Of a stretch of 64,000 bases of DNA, positions 9,623-19,425 are shown in pieces. This DNA comes from a virus (lineage: Duplodnaviria > Caudoviricetes), in IMG/VR virus record IMGVR_UViG_2974753081_000001, positions 32,001 to 96,000 of that record; one strand, 5' to 3'. Positions within the stretch are counted from its first letter, which is position 1; the number at the start of each line of letters is the position of its first letter. Both the position numbers and the translations under genes were made by a program. The notes under the pieces are model-generated. The model made no database searches. It saw only the letters and a program-made list of their open reading frames with translations, and was not told the origin of the DNA.

Positions 9623-10020
9623 TGCGCGGCCTGGAGCGACAGTCGGAGGCTTACGGCCTCGCCGGTCATGCCGCGTCGCTGCCGACCGATGCAGAGCTGG
9701 CCGTGCTCGGAATGTCCCCGGCTGGACCGTCGATCACTGCCGGGATGCTCGACCACCGCAGCCACGTTCGGGTGGCCCTCACCGTTGACCTGTCGGACTT
9801 CGACGCGCTCGGTCTCCCGCTGGACGAGGGGATCAAGGAGCTGGCGATGCGGTACGACGACCCGGAGCTGGCGAAGGCGTTCAAGAAGGGCGCTCAGATG
9901 AGCAAGAAGCCCAACGGCAAGGACCTGTTCGATCTGCAGTCCAAGTACGCGGGGCAGTACGGCCAGGCGTGGGCGAATGCGTTCGCTGACGGCTGGGAAA
10001 TCGTGGCAGCTCGGTATTGA
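9622..10020 (+). CDS. hypothetical protein, paralog B (shared N-terminal leader)
   Basis: TGATG overlap; begins MRGLERQSEAY. Confidence 0.7.
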   Translation: MRGLERQSEAYGLAGHAASLPTDAELAVLGMSPAGPSITAGMLDHRSHVRVALTVDLSDFDALGLPLDEGIKELAMRYDDPELAKAFKKGAQMSKKPNGKDLFDLQSKYAGQYGQAWANAFADGWEIVAARY

Positions 10021-10039
10021 GCTGTCGCGCGCTGACAGT

Positions 10040-10077
10040 CGAGACCCAGGGCCACTGGCTCTGGGTTCTCGCATTTC
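10040..10077 (+). terminator. probable intrinsic terminator
   Basis: CGAGACCCAGGGCC-ACT-GGCTCTGGGTTCTCG followed by CATTTC. Confidence 0.5.
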
Positions 10078-10120
10078 ACGGGTAGTCTGCTGGTGTACGA
10101 CCCTGACCATTCACTGAGGA

Positions 10121-10660
10121 GTGAACGTGACTGACGAGACCCCTTACGACGAGGCCCTGGATGCGGGGCTGGAAACTCCGGACCTCGCGGCACTGGACCC
10201 CGACCGCCCCAAGCAGAAGCCGGAGGGTGAGCCCGAGGAGGTTTCGGGTCCGGAGATCACCGAGCTGACCGAGGAGGAGCGTCAGCAGTTCTCGTCGCTG
10301 GTCAACGTCGGAAAGCGGCTGAAGAAAATCACCGTACTGGATCGCCCCGTGACCATCGCCTCCCTCATGGCCGACGACATCATCCGTGTCGGCGAGAAGG
10401 TGCGGCCCTACCGCGAGAGCCAGGCGTTCTCGCAGGCGTACCAGGCGGCGATGTGCGCGGCGGCGATCAAGTCGGTGGACGGCCAGTCCTGGGAGAACAC
10501 CCTGGAGGCCAACCCGGACGCCGATGTGCTGTTCGAGCAGAAGTGGCAGCGGGTCATCCAGTTCTATCCGCTGGTGATCCAGTACATCTACAACGAGATT
10601 CTGACGCTGGACGCAGAGTTCTCCGAGCTGGCGGAGAAGCTGGGAAAACTGAAAGGCTAG
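10121..10660 (+). CDS. tail assembly chaperone (short form)
   Basis: Between tube and tape measure; ends LGKLKG with slippery G GGA AAA. Confidence 0.8.
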   Translation: MNVTDETPYDEALDAGLETPDLAALDPDRPKQKPEGEPEEVSGPEITELTEEERQQFSSLVNVGKRLKKITVLDRPVTIASLMADDIIRVGEKVRPYRESQAFSQAYQAAMCAAAIKSVDGQSWENTLEANPDADVLFEQKWQRVIQFYPLVIQYIYNEILTLDAEFSELAEKLGKLKG

Positions 10661-11016
10661 ACCCGCGCTCTGAGTTCATCGCGCGTCTAGCCTACGAACA
10701 GGGCATCCTCACTCAGCCATCGATCAACTGGTGGCAGCGGTGGGCGCTGATCTACATGATGAGCTGGCAGCGGTGGGATCACGCGGCCAAGGAGCAGTCG
10801 TTCATCAAGCACTCGCTGGCCGTCAACAACTGGGACCGCTACTGCGAGTTGTTCGGCGCTCCGGAGCTGTCGGGACACCCCGACGAGGAGCCTGAGCTGC
10901 CGGTCAGCCCTGACGAGTTCCAAGACATCAACGCTTGGATCGAGAAGGCTGACAGAATGAGGGGCGTGTCCGGCGACATGGTGCCGGAGCAGGGTCCCGA
11001 GGACGGATGGATTTGA
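10121..11016 (+). CDS. tail assembly chaperone (long, frameshifted form)
   Basis: Join of 10121-10648 with the -1 frame ending at 11016. Confidence 0.75.
10642..10648 (+). other. programmed -1 ribosomal frameshift site GGGAAAA
   Basis: X XXY YYZ heptamer in the correct phase; the -1 frame continues TERLDPRSEF... to 11016. Confidence 0.85.
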
Positions 11017-11020
11017 GCCG

Positions 11021-13465
11021 ATGACGATGCCACCGATGGGGAGCGGTAACCCGTTCGAGGAAACCAGCAACGACACCGTGGCCGCTCGGCTGTCGGTGGA
11101 CGTCCCTCAGGATGCGGCCAACAACCTGAACCAGCTCGTGACCAACGCGCACGAACTGGCGGTCAACATGGAGGCCGCTGCTCGCGCGCAGGGCAACTTC
11201 ATCGAGTACCTGCGGCAGCTCCCCGAGGTCATGGCCCAGAGCGAAGCGGCTGCTGCGCAGTTCATCGGCAGCGCCGCGCCGGTCATCAACGGCGGCGGAC
11301 GCAGCGGCGGTAGCTGGGGACGTAACGACGCGGCCCGTCCGGATTTCGCGGGCACCCCTGGCGACGGTTCGAACTCTGCCGCTCGTGAGGCAGCACAGCG
11401 TGAGGCGCTGGAGGACCTGCGGCGCAACGACCCGCGCCAGCTCGCCAACGTCATCGCTCAGAACGATCCGCGCACCATCCGGCGAGGCGACGACGATCAG
11501 ATTCCCGGCGGCGGGGGCGGTCGTGGCGGCGGTGGCGGCGGGGGTAACCGTCCCGGCGGCGCTCCGCGTCCGGGTAACCAACCCGCTCCCTCAGGCCCCG
11601 GTCGGCCACCGTCGGAGGACGGCCCCTCAGGCACCGAGATTGACTGGTCGCAGCGGCTGCAGACGATGGCCGGTGGCGGCACCCAGTGGCTCAACACTGT
11701 GCTGTCGCAGACGGCGGCGGGCGGTCGCGGCTCCGGCATCGATCTGCTCGCGGCGGGCGTGTCCGGTGCTCAGCGGATGTCGGGCACCCTGTCCAACCAG
11801 CTCAGCTCTCAGATCGAGTCCCGCGAGGCTCGCGCTCGGCAGGAGGCCGAAGCGCAGGGCATGGACGAGGACGAGACGTTGCGGCATATCGCTGCGGCGG
11901 GCGCTCCGCTGCGCGGCCTGTCTGGCACGGTCGGCAGGGCCGCTCGCGGTCTGGGCGTAGCTGCTGCCGGTGTCACCGCGATCAAGGGGATCAACTCCGC
12001 AGGCGAGTGGTACCAGGGCATGCGTGCCCAGGGTGCTGTGCGCGGCGGTGGCGGAGCCGAGGGCATGCAGTACGAGATGGGCGTCCGGATGATGGCGATG
12101 AATCCGTTCATCTCCACCGAGCAGTCGCGGAAAATCATGAACTCGGCGCTGCAGAACGGCTACACCGGCAAGGAGTTCGACACCGTCACCGAGTTCATGG
12201 CGGACAACCTGAAGAAGATGAACATGGACGTGGCCGAGTCGGTCAAGGTCCTGCAGTCCAACGTCACCCGTGGCGGGCAGTCCATCGCCCAGGCCCAGCA
12301 GGACATTGAGTCGGTCTCCAGCTTCGCGCAGGACCCGAACCTGCGCATGACCTCCGGACAGCTCCGCGAGTCCTACTCTCGGCAGATGGAGTCGATGACC
12401 AACCGCATAGGCGCTCCGACGGGCCAGCAGGCGAGCGACCTGGCGATGCTCACCAGCCAGATCGGCGCGTCGGACCCGAACACTGTCGGTCTCGGCGAGA
12501 TCATCATGAACTCGACCAGCAACCCGCTGATGGCCTACGCCATCGCTCCCGACGGCTACAACGGACATCCCGGTGGCGCGCTGTCGGCGGCGCTGAATCA
12601 GCCCGACGGCGAGGACAAGGTCATCCAGGCTGCCATCGGTGAGATCAAGCGCATCGTGCAGAACCCGTACTACACCGAGATGCTGGCGGACCCGAACCAG
12701 GCGTACCTGGCGGAGGTGTCGATCAACGACGAGCTGGCGGCGGTGGGCATCAACCTGCCTCCGGGCATGGTCGGACCGCTGATCCAGCAGGTCATGAGCG
12801 GCACTCTCGACAAGGACGTGCAGGAGTCCAAGGACCGGGTGAAGAAGGAGCAGACCGGCGGGCAGCCCAAGAAGAAGGGGTTCTGGGGCTCCATCGGCGC
12901 GGCACTCAGCTCGGCGGGGCATGCCTTCAACTACGTTGACCACTCGGTCACGGCATGGGGCGAGGGCGCGTTCGGTTCGGACGAGAAGGCTGCCGAGCAC
13001 CGCAAGAAGCGCGACGAGTCCTACAACAAAATGCGTCGCTCCAATGCGGAGGAGACCGGATTCAGCAACGACCGGATCAACGCGCTGCTCGACGAGTACG
13101 GCATGGACACGATCTCGGTCCGCGACGACGAGGGCCACGAGAAGAAGCTCAGCAAGGGGCTCATGGCGAACGAGGACGTCATGAAGAAGATCGTGGCGGG
13201 CGACTACAAGCTGAAGCTGCCGGGTGCGGACGAGTACGTGCCGTTGGAGAACATCGCTGGCCAGAAGGGCGAGCTGGACAAGAAGAAGGACGGCAAGACG
13301 ACCACCGCGCTGGTGGACCTCACCGACCGTGCGTCCGCGCTGCTGCAGCTGCTGCCCCAGGGCGACACCCTCAACCAGAACCAGCGCAGCTCCAACTCCG
13401 GCGAGGACGGCGCGGCGCGCAATGATCCCCCGGCGGGCTCCCGGTACGACACTGGCGGGTACTGA
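11021..13465 (+). CDS. tape measure protein
   Basis: Follows the frameshifted chaperone; 814 aa, Ala/Gly-rich helical. Confidence 0.8.
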   Translation: MTMPPMGSGNPFEETSNDTVAARLSVDVPQDAANNLNQLVTNAHELAVNMEAAARAQGNFIEYLRQLPEVMAQSEAAAAQFIGSAAPVINGGGRSGGSWGRNDAARPDFAGTPGDGSNSAAREAAQREALEDLRRNDPRQLANVIAQNDPRTIRRGDDDQIPGGGGGRGGGGGGGNRPGGAPRPGNQPAPSGPGRPPSEDGPSGTEIDWSQRLQTMAGGGTQWLNTVLSQTAAGGRGSGIDLLAAGVSGAQRMSGTLSNQLSSQIESREARARQEAEAQGMDEDETLRHIAAAGAPLRGLSGTVGRAARGLGVAAAGVTAIKGINSAGEWYQGMRAQGAVRGGGGAEGMQYEMGVRMMAMNPFISTEQSRKIMNSALQNGYTGKEFDTVTEFMADNLKKMNMDVAESVKVLQSNVTRGGQSIAQAQQDIESVSSFAQDPNLRMTSGQLRESYSRQMESMTNRIGAPTGQQASDLAMLTSQIGASDPNTVGLGEIIMNSTSNPLMAYAIAPDGYNGHPGGALSAALNQPDGEDKVIQAAIGEIKRIVQNPYYTEMLADPNQAYLAEVSINDELAAVGINLPPGMVGPLIQQVMSGTLDKDVQESKDRVKKEQTGGQPKKKGFWGSIGAALSSAGHAFNYVDHSVTAWGEGAFGSDEKAAEHRKKRDESYNKMRRSNAEETGFSNDRINALLDEYGMDTISVRDDEGHEKKLSKGLMANEDVMKKIVAGDYKLKLPGADEYVPLENIAGQKGELDKKKDGKTTTALVDLTDRASALLQLLPQGDTLNQNQRSSNSGEDGAARNDPPAGSRYDTGGY

Positions 13466-14109
13466 TGGCGCTGGCGACGATCTCTCATGGCGGCAAGGTG
13501 CTGCAGCTGCGGACGAACCCGAACTCGATCCGCTGGACCTACACGCTCAACACCAAGGTCGAGGAGACCTACGGCGGGCGCGTAGTGCAGATTCTGTCGG
13601 CGAACATGGACGATCTCGTCGTCACTGCCGAGGCTGGTCGCGGTGGCTGGGACTACCTCTACCGCGTCGCGACCTTCATGCGCGACATGATGTTCGATCA
13701 GCGCCAGGGCGGGGCTCCCGGTATTTTTTCCTACCCCAACCGTGGCTGGGAGATGACGGTCTACGCGGTCAACTTCCCGTTCAAGGACAACTGGAACGAG
13801 GTCGCCCGCGAGTTCACACTCCGGTTCAAAATCCAGGAGGACGTCTCCGGCGTGATCCAGTCCGACTCCATCGCTGCTGAGATCGAGCGCCTGAAGAGCG
13901 GCGTCGCCTACGAGCACAACGACTTCAACACCCCGCCCGGCGATCCGGGTTCGGCGGCGTGGCCGGTCTACGGCGATGGCGCTGTCTCGGCGGACGGGTC
14001 CAAGACCGTCGATCCCACGAAGAAGCAGAACCAGAACAAGCTCGGCGCGGCCACCCCTGGTGCCGCTCCCGGAACACCTGGCGGACCGCTCGGTCCGTCC
14101 ATGCCGTAG
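13465..14109 (+). CDS. baseplate/tail tube initiator-like minor tail protein
   Basis: 'NPNSI' motif; position after TMP. Confidence 0.55.
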   Translation: MALATISHGGKVLQLRTNPNSIRWTYTLNTKVEETYGGRVVQILSANMDDLVVTAEAGRGGWDYLYRVATFMRDMMFDQRQGGAPGIFSYPNRGWEMTVYAVNFPFKDNWNEVAREFTLRFKIQEDVSGVIQSDSIAAEIERLKSGVAYEHNDFNTPPGDPGSAAWPVYGDGAVSADGSKTVDPTKKQNQNKLGAATPGAAPGTPGGPLGPSMP

Positions 14110-14120
14110 AGGAGGAGCCC

Positions 14121-14294
14121 ATGTCGTATTCGTCCAACTGCCCTGTCAGTCGTCCCGCTGTCATGAACTACGACGTGGACGCCGACTTCGGCGGGCTCGC
14201 CTGGAACAACGACCGTGGCCTGTTCTTCCCGGTGGAGTCCGACATTCTGCCGATGAAGCACCCGAGCTTCATGAGCTTCGAAACCGAGGGCTGA
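14121..14294 (+). CDS. small hypothetical baseplate-region protein (57 aa)
   Basis: Strong GAGGAGG RBS; fills gap between neighbours. Confidence 0.55.
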   Translation: MSYSSNCPVSRPAVMNYDVDADFGGLAWNNDRGLFFPVESDILPMKHPSFMSFETEG

Positions 14295-14295
14295 T

Positions 14296-14832
14296 ATGTC
14301 GACGCTGCGCATGTCGTGTCCCTACGTGGGCACGCTGAACCTGAAGGTGCTCAACTTCAATTCGCCATTGACCGGCTCTATCGCCACCAGCCAGACCAAG
14401 CGCGCTCGGCACCACTGGCCGATCAAGGCCAGCCAGCAGTCGCTGTCGCTGCTGGTGCAGTTCAGGAACTGGCCCGAGTACGACGCCCTGCAGAAGTTCG
14501 TGCGCGCCCATCACGTTCGCTCGCTGCTCACGGTGCAGTACCCCGAGGTCACGCTGTACTGGCCGCAGCGCGGGATGAACAACTGGTCAGGACTGATCCG
14601 AGACCTGCAGGCCGGAGACGAGCGGTTCAACCTGGCTCCCCGCGCGACTCTGGAGCTGATCCTGATCGACTCGATGCTGTCGTCCAAGACCTTCACCGCC
14701 TCGATGGGGGAGTCGGTCGCGAAGTGGCATCAGGTCGACATCGGCAATCCCGGCGAGCCCGAGTTCAAGCCACCCAAGCCATCCGACTGGCTGCCACCCC
14801 GCGACGGCCCCGGCCAAGGAGGTAATCGATGA
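14296..14832 (+). CDS. minor tail/baseplate protein
   Basis: Synteny; coupled to neighbours. Confidence 0.55.
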   Translation: MSTLRMSCPYVGTLNLKVLNFNSPLTGSIATSQTKRARHHWPIKASQQSLSLLVQFRNWPEYDALQKFVRAHHVRSLLTVQYPEVTLYWPQRGMNNWSGLIRDLQAGDERFNLAPRATLELILIDSMLSSKTFTASMGESVAKWHQVDIGNPGEPEFKPPKPSDWLPPRDGPGQGGNR

Positions 14833-17489
14833 CCGGCCCAGGTGCAGGTCCCGTCGTCGGCGCTCCCGCGTCTTTCAAGACCCTGGTGTACTCGCCGGAG
14901 GTCTACATCATCATCGAAGGCATCGATGTCTCTGCCGACATCGTGCGCGGCGGCGTCAATCGAGTCACGGGCGGCGCGAGCAGCCTGGAGTTCACCTTGT
15001 CGAACAAGGGTGGCCGCTACAACAACAAGTTCCGCCGAATGGACCGCGTCGTCTGTTACATGAAGCGGATCAACAAGGTCCAGGTGTTCTCCGGCTACCT
15101 CGATCTGGTGCCGGGCCTGCAGCTCTACCCCTCGACGGTGACTTTCCGTGCCAGCTGCACCATCAAGCGCATCCTGTACATGTACTGGGACCCAGGTCTG
15201 CCCGAGTCGATGCGTATCCTCAACCAGCGGTCGATCCCGTTCGGAAAGAACGCGCCGACGGCTGCCATCGGCGACACTCCTGACGACCGCGCCGACGCCT
15301 CCGATCCGCCCTCCCCGGCCAAGACTCCGTCCTCGGGCAGCAAGGCCCCGCCCAACTTCACCCAGGAGGAGTGGGATCGGCTGATGTATCCCTACTCCCC
15401 GGCCAACGGGAAGGGGGACCAGCCGAGCGCCAATGACCGTAACGGCTCCAATGACCCGAGGAAGCAGCAGGACACCGGCCTGGGCAACATGCTGAAGGCC
15501 GTGCTGAATCAGGTCGGTGGCTGGGACATGGATCAGATCTGGGTCCAGACGTTCCCGGCGTCGTTCCTCGGCTACATCAAGGAGCAGATGCCCGGCATCG
15601 AGAACATGAACGAGGAGGCCGTCCAGGCTTTCAAGGACATGTTCGAGTTCGAGGCCGGTGGTGGCGGCGGAGGCGGAGGTGGCGGCGGTGACATGGGCGA
15701 CGCCGTGTTCACCACCATCGGCCCTCCGGCCAACGGCTCGGCGTACTCCAACGAGGAGATCGTCTGGATCGTCACCAACGCCGGGTGGCGCGGCGAGGAC
15801 GTCGTCATCGGGTCCTCGATCATCAAGGCCGAGTCGGGCGGCAATCCCGGCGCTATCAACACCGCGAACTCCGACGGCTCAGTCGACCGAGGGCTCTGGC
15901 AGATCAACTCGATTCACGACGACATGATGCCCGGCCAGAATCGCTTCGACCCGGCGGTGAGCACGGCCATCGCTCGGCAGCTGTACAAGGGGCGCGGCAA
16001 CACCTGGAACGACTGGTCGACGCTGGTCTACCACGGAACCGCGCAGCAGCACTTCGCGACGTTCCGACCGCTGGTGGCTGGCGGCGGCAAGATGCCCCCT
16101 GGCACCAAGCTGAAGTCGGGGCAGTCGGCGGGGTCCACCAGCGGTGGCGGCGCTCCGAAGCCTGGCGGTCTCGGTGCGGGGGCGGCTGTCGGCGGGAGCA
16201 GCAAGCCCGACGACAAGAAGCCCGCCAAAGCTGCCGAGCCCTACGGCATGCCTCCGGGCACCAACATCACCTACGGCGCACCCGGTTTTCCGGCGTGGTG
16301 CTATGAGATCGGCAAGCAGTTCGGCGTTCAGCCTTCCACCTACCCTGGTCATCAGGAGTCCGATCGCAACGAGCCCGGTTACGCACCGAACCCGAAGGGC
16401 CTCAACCGAGGCATCGACTGGTCTGGTCCGGTCGACAAGATGCAGAAGTTCGCCGAGTACCTGCATGCGAACGCGCCGAGCATGCCGCAGCTGGAGCAGA
16501 TCATCTGGATGAACCCGAACACCGGCCAGAAGATCGGGTGGGCGGGAAACCACAGTGACTCGCCGAGCTTCAGCTACTTCTCTTCCGCCTACGGCGGTCA
16601 CCAGGACCACGTTCACACCCGGCAGTCGGAGTCGCTGAATGGCTCGGGCAGCATGGACGGCGCAGCCGGTGGCGGCGGTTCCGGAGGCAGCTCGGGCTCG
16701 GACCGTCTGGCGCAGAACATCTTCACGTACATGTTCGACGGCCAGGGCTATAACCAGCAGATTTCGCTGCTGCTGAAGGGCCGTATGGCCTCGCTGAACG
16801 ACGAGCCGCTGATCAAGACCGTGCGGGCGTTGTCGGAGGCGGGCATGCGCGAGTTCCAGTCGGCCCCCAACGGCGACTTCATCGCGTTCTACCCGGACTA
16901 CTTCGGCCTGGACAACACCGCTCCGGTGCTGAAGCTGGAGGACGTCGAGATCAAGAACGTGTCGATCTCGATCAACGACGACGCTCTGACGACGCACGTG
17001 TTCACAATGGGCGCGAGCACTCCGGTCGGCGGCATGATCCCCAACACCACGCTGGGCTACATGCGCTCGCCGGGAACCGTCACCGTCGAGGACGAGTGGC
17101 TGTTCAAGCGCGCCACCGAGGGATCGTTCTTCCAGTCGGATGCGAAGGACGCCAAGGAGCTGCTGAACCGGTTCGGTGTGCGCCCGCTGCAGCGGACCTA
17201 CCCGAACATCTACCAGGAGGGCAACCAGGAGGTGATGCTGCTCATCGCGATCAAGCTGTTCATGCAGAAGTGGGCCGAGCAGTATCAGACCTCGGTGAGC
17301 TTCACCTTCATGCCGGAGCTGTATCCCGGCATGCGTATCGAGCTGGTCGGCCACGATCTCGCGGTCTACGTGAAGTCGGTGACCCACACCTTCGACTACG
17401 AGTCCGGCTTCACCACCTCGGCGCAGGTCATGGCTCCGATGTCGATCTCGCGCTCGCCGATGGGCGCGGCCAAGGAGGCGAGGAAGTAG
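14829..17489 (+). CDS. baseplate hub protein with lytic transglycosylase (SLT-like) and M15-like Zn-peptidase domains
   Basis: Hub-like N- and C-termini ('MPELYPGMRIEL...VTHTF'); 'AESGGNPGAIN...GLWQIN...WNDWS'; 'STYPGHQE...NRGIDW...HQDHVH'. Confidence 0.75.
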   Translation: MTGPGAGPVVGAPASFKTLVYSPEVYIIIEGIDVSADIVRGGVNRVTGGASSLEFTLSNKGGRYNNKFRRMDRVVCYMKRINKVQVFSGYLDLVPGLQLYPSTVTFRASCTIKRILYMYWDPGLPESMRILNQRSIPFGKNAPTAAIGDTPDDRADASDPPSPAKTPSSGSKAPPNFTQEEWDRLMYPYSPANGKGDQPSANDRNGSNDPRKQQDTGLGNMLKAVLNQVGGWDMDQIWVQTFPASFLGYIKEQMPGIENMNEEAVQAFKDMFEFEAGGGGGGGGGGGDMGDAVFTTIGPPANGSAYSNEEIVWIVTNAGWRGEDVVIGSSIIKAESGGNPGAINTANSDGSVDRGLWQINSIHDDMMPGQNRFDPAVSTAIARQLYKGRGNTWNDWSTLVYHGTAQQHFATFRPLVAGGGKMPPGTKLKSGQSAGSTSGGGAPKPGGLGAGAAVGGSSKPDDKKPAKAAEPYGMPPGTNITYGAPGFPAWCYEIGKQFGVQPSTYPGHQESDRNEPGYAPNPKGLNRGIDWSGPVDKMQKFAEYLHANAPSMPQLEQIIWMNPNTGQKIGWAGNHSDSPSFSYFSSAYGGHQDHVHTRQSESLNGSGSMDGAAGGGGSGGSSGSDRLAQNIFTYMFDGQGYNQQISLLLKGRMASLNDEPLIKTVRALSEAGMREFQSAPNGDFIAFYPDYFGLDNTAPVLKLEDVEIKNVSISINDDALTTHVFTMGASTPVGGMIPNTTLGYMRSPGTVTVEDEWLFKRATEGSFFQSDAKDAKELLNRFGVRPLQRTYPNIYQEGNQEVMLLIAIKLFMQKWAEQYQTSVSFTFMPELYPGMRIELVGHDLAVYVKSVTHTFDYESGFTTSAQVMAPMSISRSPMGAAKEARK

Positions 17490-18304
17490 TGGCCTTCCCA
17501 CCGCTGGACCCGCGCGCGAGGCCGACTCGGGCAATGGTCGCCATTACCGACATCAACCTGGACACCAACTCCTACTCCGGCTACAACCCGCAGATGGGCA
17601 CGCTGAGTGTCCGGGCCAGCATGCAGCCGGGCGGGCATATCTCGATCCCCGCTGTCGGCGAGCAGTGGCTGGTGGAGAACCTGGCGGGGCAGTGGGTGCT
17701 GGTCTCCAAGACCGACTGGCTGGATGAGCGCGTCACGGCCATCCCCAACCAGGAGGGCATGGACGTCATCGGTTCGATGAACGGACCGACCTACATCACC
17801 GGCTCGCGCGTGGAGCTGCCGCAGACGGTCTGGCTGTCCGGGGTCGAGCTGCGGGTCCACCCCGACACCCACATGCTGCAGTACCGCTCCGGCGAGACCT
17901 GGGTGAACATGGTCGCCGACAGCGGGCCGAGCGGGTCGGTCCCCACCCGCGTCGCCTTCATCCAGACGCTCGGCGTCCGGGCGCTGGGCACCGGCCAGGT
18001 TCCCGAGGGCGTCCGGCCCGGCCCCTGCACACTCACCGAGGTGACCTACGAGTTCGGCACCGCTGACTCGGGTAGCTCGACAGTTGTGGAGCTGCGCAAG
18101 AACGGCACGATGCTGGCGGGCAGCCAGCTCACGGTCTCAGCCGCCAACCAGGCGATCGGCGCGGGAACCGAGGCGGCGCGGACGGCGACAGGCACCTGGA
18201 GCTTCGCCAAGGGCGACGTGCTGACGGTCAATATCACCTCCATCGGCACCGGCCCCGGCCAGCGGCTGACGGCGCACCTCTACGGCACCACGGGGCTGTC
18301 ATGA
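17489..18304 (+). CDS. baseplate spike/gpV-like protein with C-terminal beta domain
   Basis: GTG overlapping hub stop; 'IPAVGEQWLV' OB-fold motif typical of spike proteins. Confidence 0.55.
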   Translation: MAFPPLDPRARPTRAMVAITDINLDTNSYSGYNPQMGTLSVRASMQPGGHISIPAVGEQWLVENLAGQWVLVSKTDWLDERVTAIPNQEGMDVIGSMNGPTYITGSRVELPQTVWLSGVELRVHPDTHMLQYRSGETWVNMVADSGPSGSVPTRVAFIQTLGVRALGTGQVPEGVRPGPCTLTEVTYEFGTADSGSSTVVELRKNGTMLAGSQLTVSAANQAIGAGTEAARTATGTWSFAKGDVLTVNITSIGTGPGQRLTAHLYGTTGLS

Positions 18305-18972
18305 TCGTCGTGCGGCCACCGTCATCTCCGCGATCGACGGCCTACCCCAATGCGCTCTCGTTCTCGACGGCGGCGGGCGCGTCCGGAACGACGACGGCGG
18401 TCAACATGCCCTCGGGAATCCAGGCGGGCGACCGGCTGATGATGTTCGTCAACAGCTGGGGTACGGGCTTCTCGGGTGGGGGTTCGGGGTTCACTGAGCT
18501 AGCTCGCGCCGACGATCCGGACTATGCGGGCGTGACCTGCTGGACCAAGGTGGCCACGGCGAGCGAGCCGACGTCGATGGTGCTCTCCGGGTTCGCCTCC
18601 GGCGACCCCCGCACGATCCTGGTGGTTCGCATGCAGCCGAGCACACCTCATGCGGTCTCGGAGTACAAGCAGCCGGGCACCGTCACCCCGCACTACTCTC
18701 CGAATCTCCTGGTGCTCAAGCCCAACTGCTACCACTTCCGGGCGGTGGGGTCGCAGATGTACGACACGTCCCCGACGGTCTACACCTGGGACACCACCCG
18801 GCTCAGCTACCTCTCGCGACAAAGCGAGAACTCGGGCACGCAGTACTACTCGAATCTGGCGGTCGGCGTCCAGATCAACATCGAGGCGCAGGAGATGCCC
18901 AGCTACGTCCACAACCCGTCCAATCCGTCCGCGTGCTACGGCTACGGAGCGATCTCAGTGGCTCTGGTCTGA
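18301..18972 (+). CDS. minor tail protein
   Basis: 'PSGIQAGD..MMFV...WTKVATASEP' motif common in actinophage tail proteins. Confidence 0.55.
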   Translation: MIVVRPPSSPRSTAYPNALSFSTAAGASGTTTAVNMPSGIQAGDRLMMFVNSWGTGFSGGGSGFTELARADDPDYAGVTCWTKVATASEPTSMVLSGFASGDPRTILVVRMQPSTPHAVSEYKQPGTVTPHYSPNLLVLKPNCYHFRAVGSQMYDTSPTVYTWDTTRLSYLSRQSENSGTQYYSNLAVGVQINIEAQEMPSYVHNPSNPSACYGYGAISVALV

Positions 18973-19001
18973 CAGACTGAGACGGAAGGAGGAGAGGTCC
19001 C

Positions 19002-19415
19002 ATGAGTTTTTCCCTGAAGGTGGTGGACGGTGACATCGCAACCATCGGTTCGACCACCAACATCGTCTACGGCGTGGAGAAGCTGAAGCAGGACATCTCC
19101 ATCTGGCTGCGCGAGCGGTACCAGTCCGACCGGTTCCATCTCGCCTACGGCTCGATCCTGGACGGCTTCATCGGTGACGTGATTGATGACTCGACGGCCT
19201 ACATGGTGCAGGCCGAGGTCCAGCGCGTGCTCCAGAACTACCAGTCGCTGCAGTACCGTCTGCTGAAGGAGCACCCTGAGCGGCTGTCGGCGGACGAGAT
19301 TCTGGTCGCGATTCTCGACATTCGTACCCGCGTCAACTACGACACCGTGGAAGTGACCATCCGATTCAGCACCGGGTCTAGGGACGTGGAGCAGATGTCC
19401 GTGGCTATCCAGTAG
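19002..19415 (+). CDS. baseplate wedge protein, gp25/GPW-like
   Basis: 'FHLAYGS' motif; 137 aa before baseplate J. Confidence 0.7.
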   Translation: MSFSLKVVDGDIATIGSTTNIVYGVEKLKQDISIWLRERYQSDRFHLAYGSILDGFIGDVIDDSTAYMVQAEVQRVLQNYQSLQYRLLKEHPERLSADEILVAILDIRTRVNYDTVEVTIRFSTGSRDVEQMSVAIQ

Positions 19416-19425
19416 GAGAGAAAAA

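Noticed and set aside
11500-11600. GGC-rich repeats here and at about 15655-15690
   Set aside because: They are simply poly-Gly linkers in the tape measure and hub proteins.
17096-17488. Long N-terminal extensions given by the ORF track (also 42277 for recA, 34047 for dnaC, 22468, 48244, 2027)
   Set aside because: They overlap upstream genes or structured intergenic DNA; the downstream starts have an RBS or stop/start coupling.
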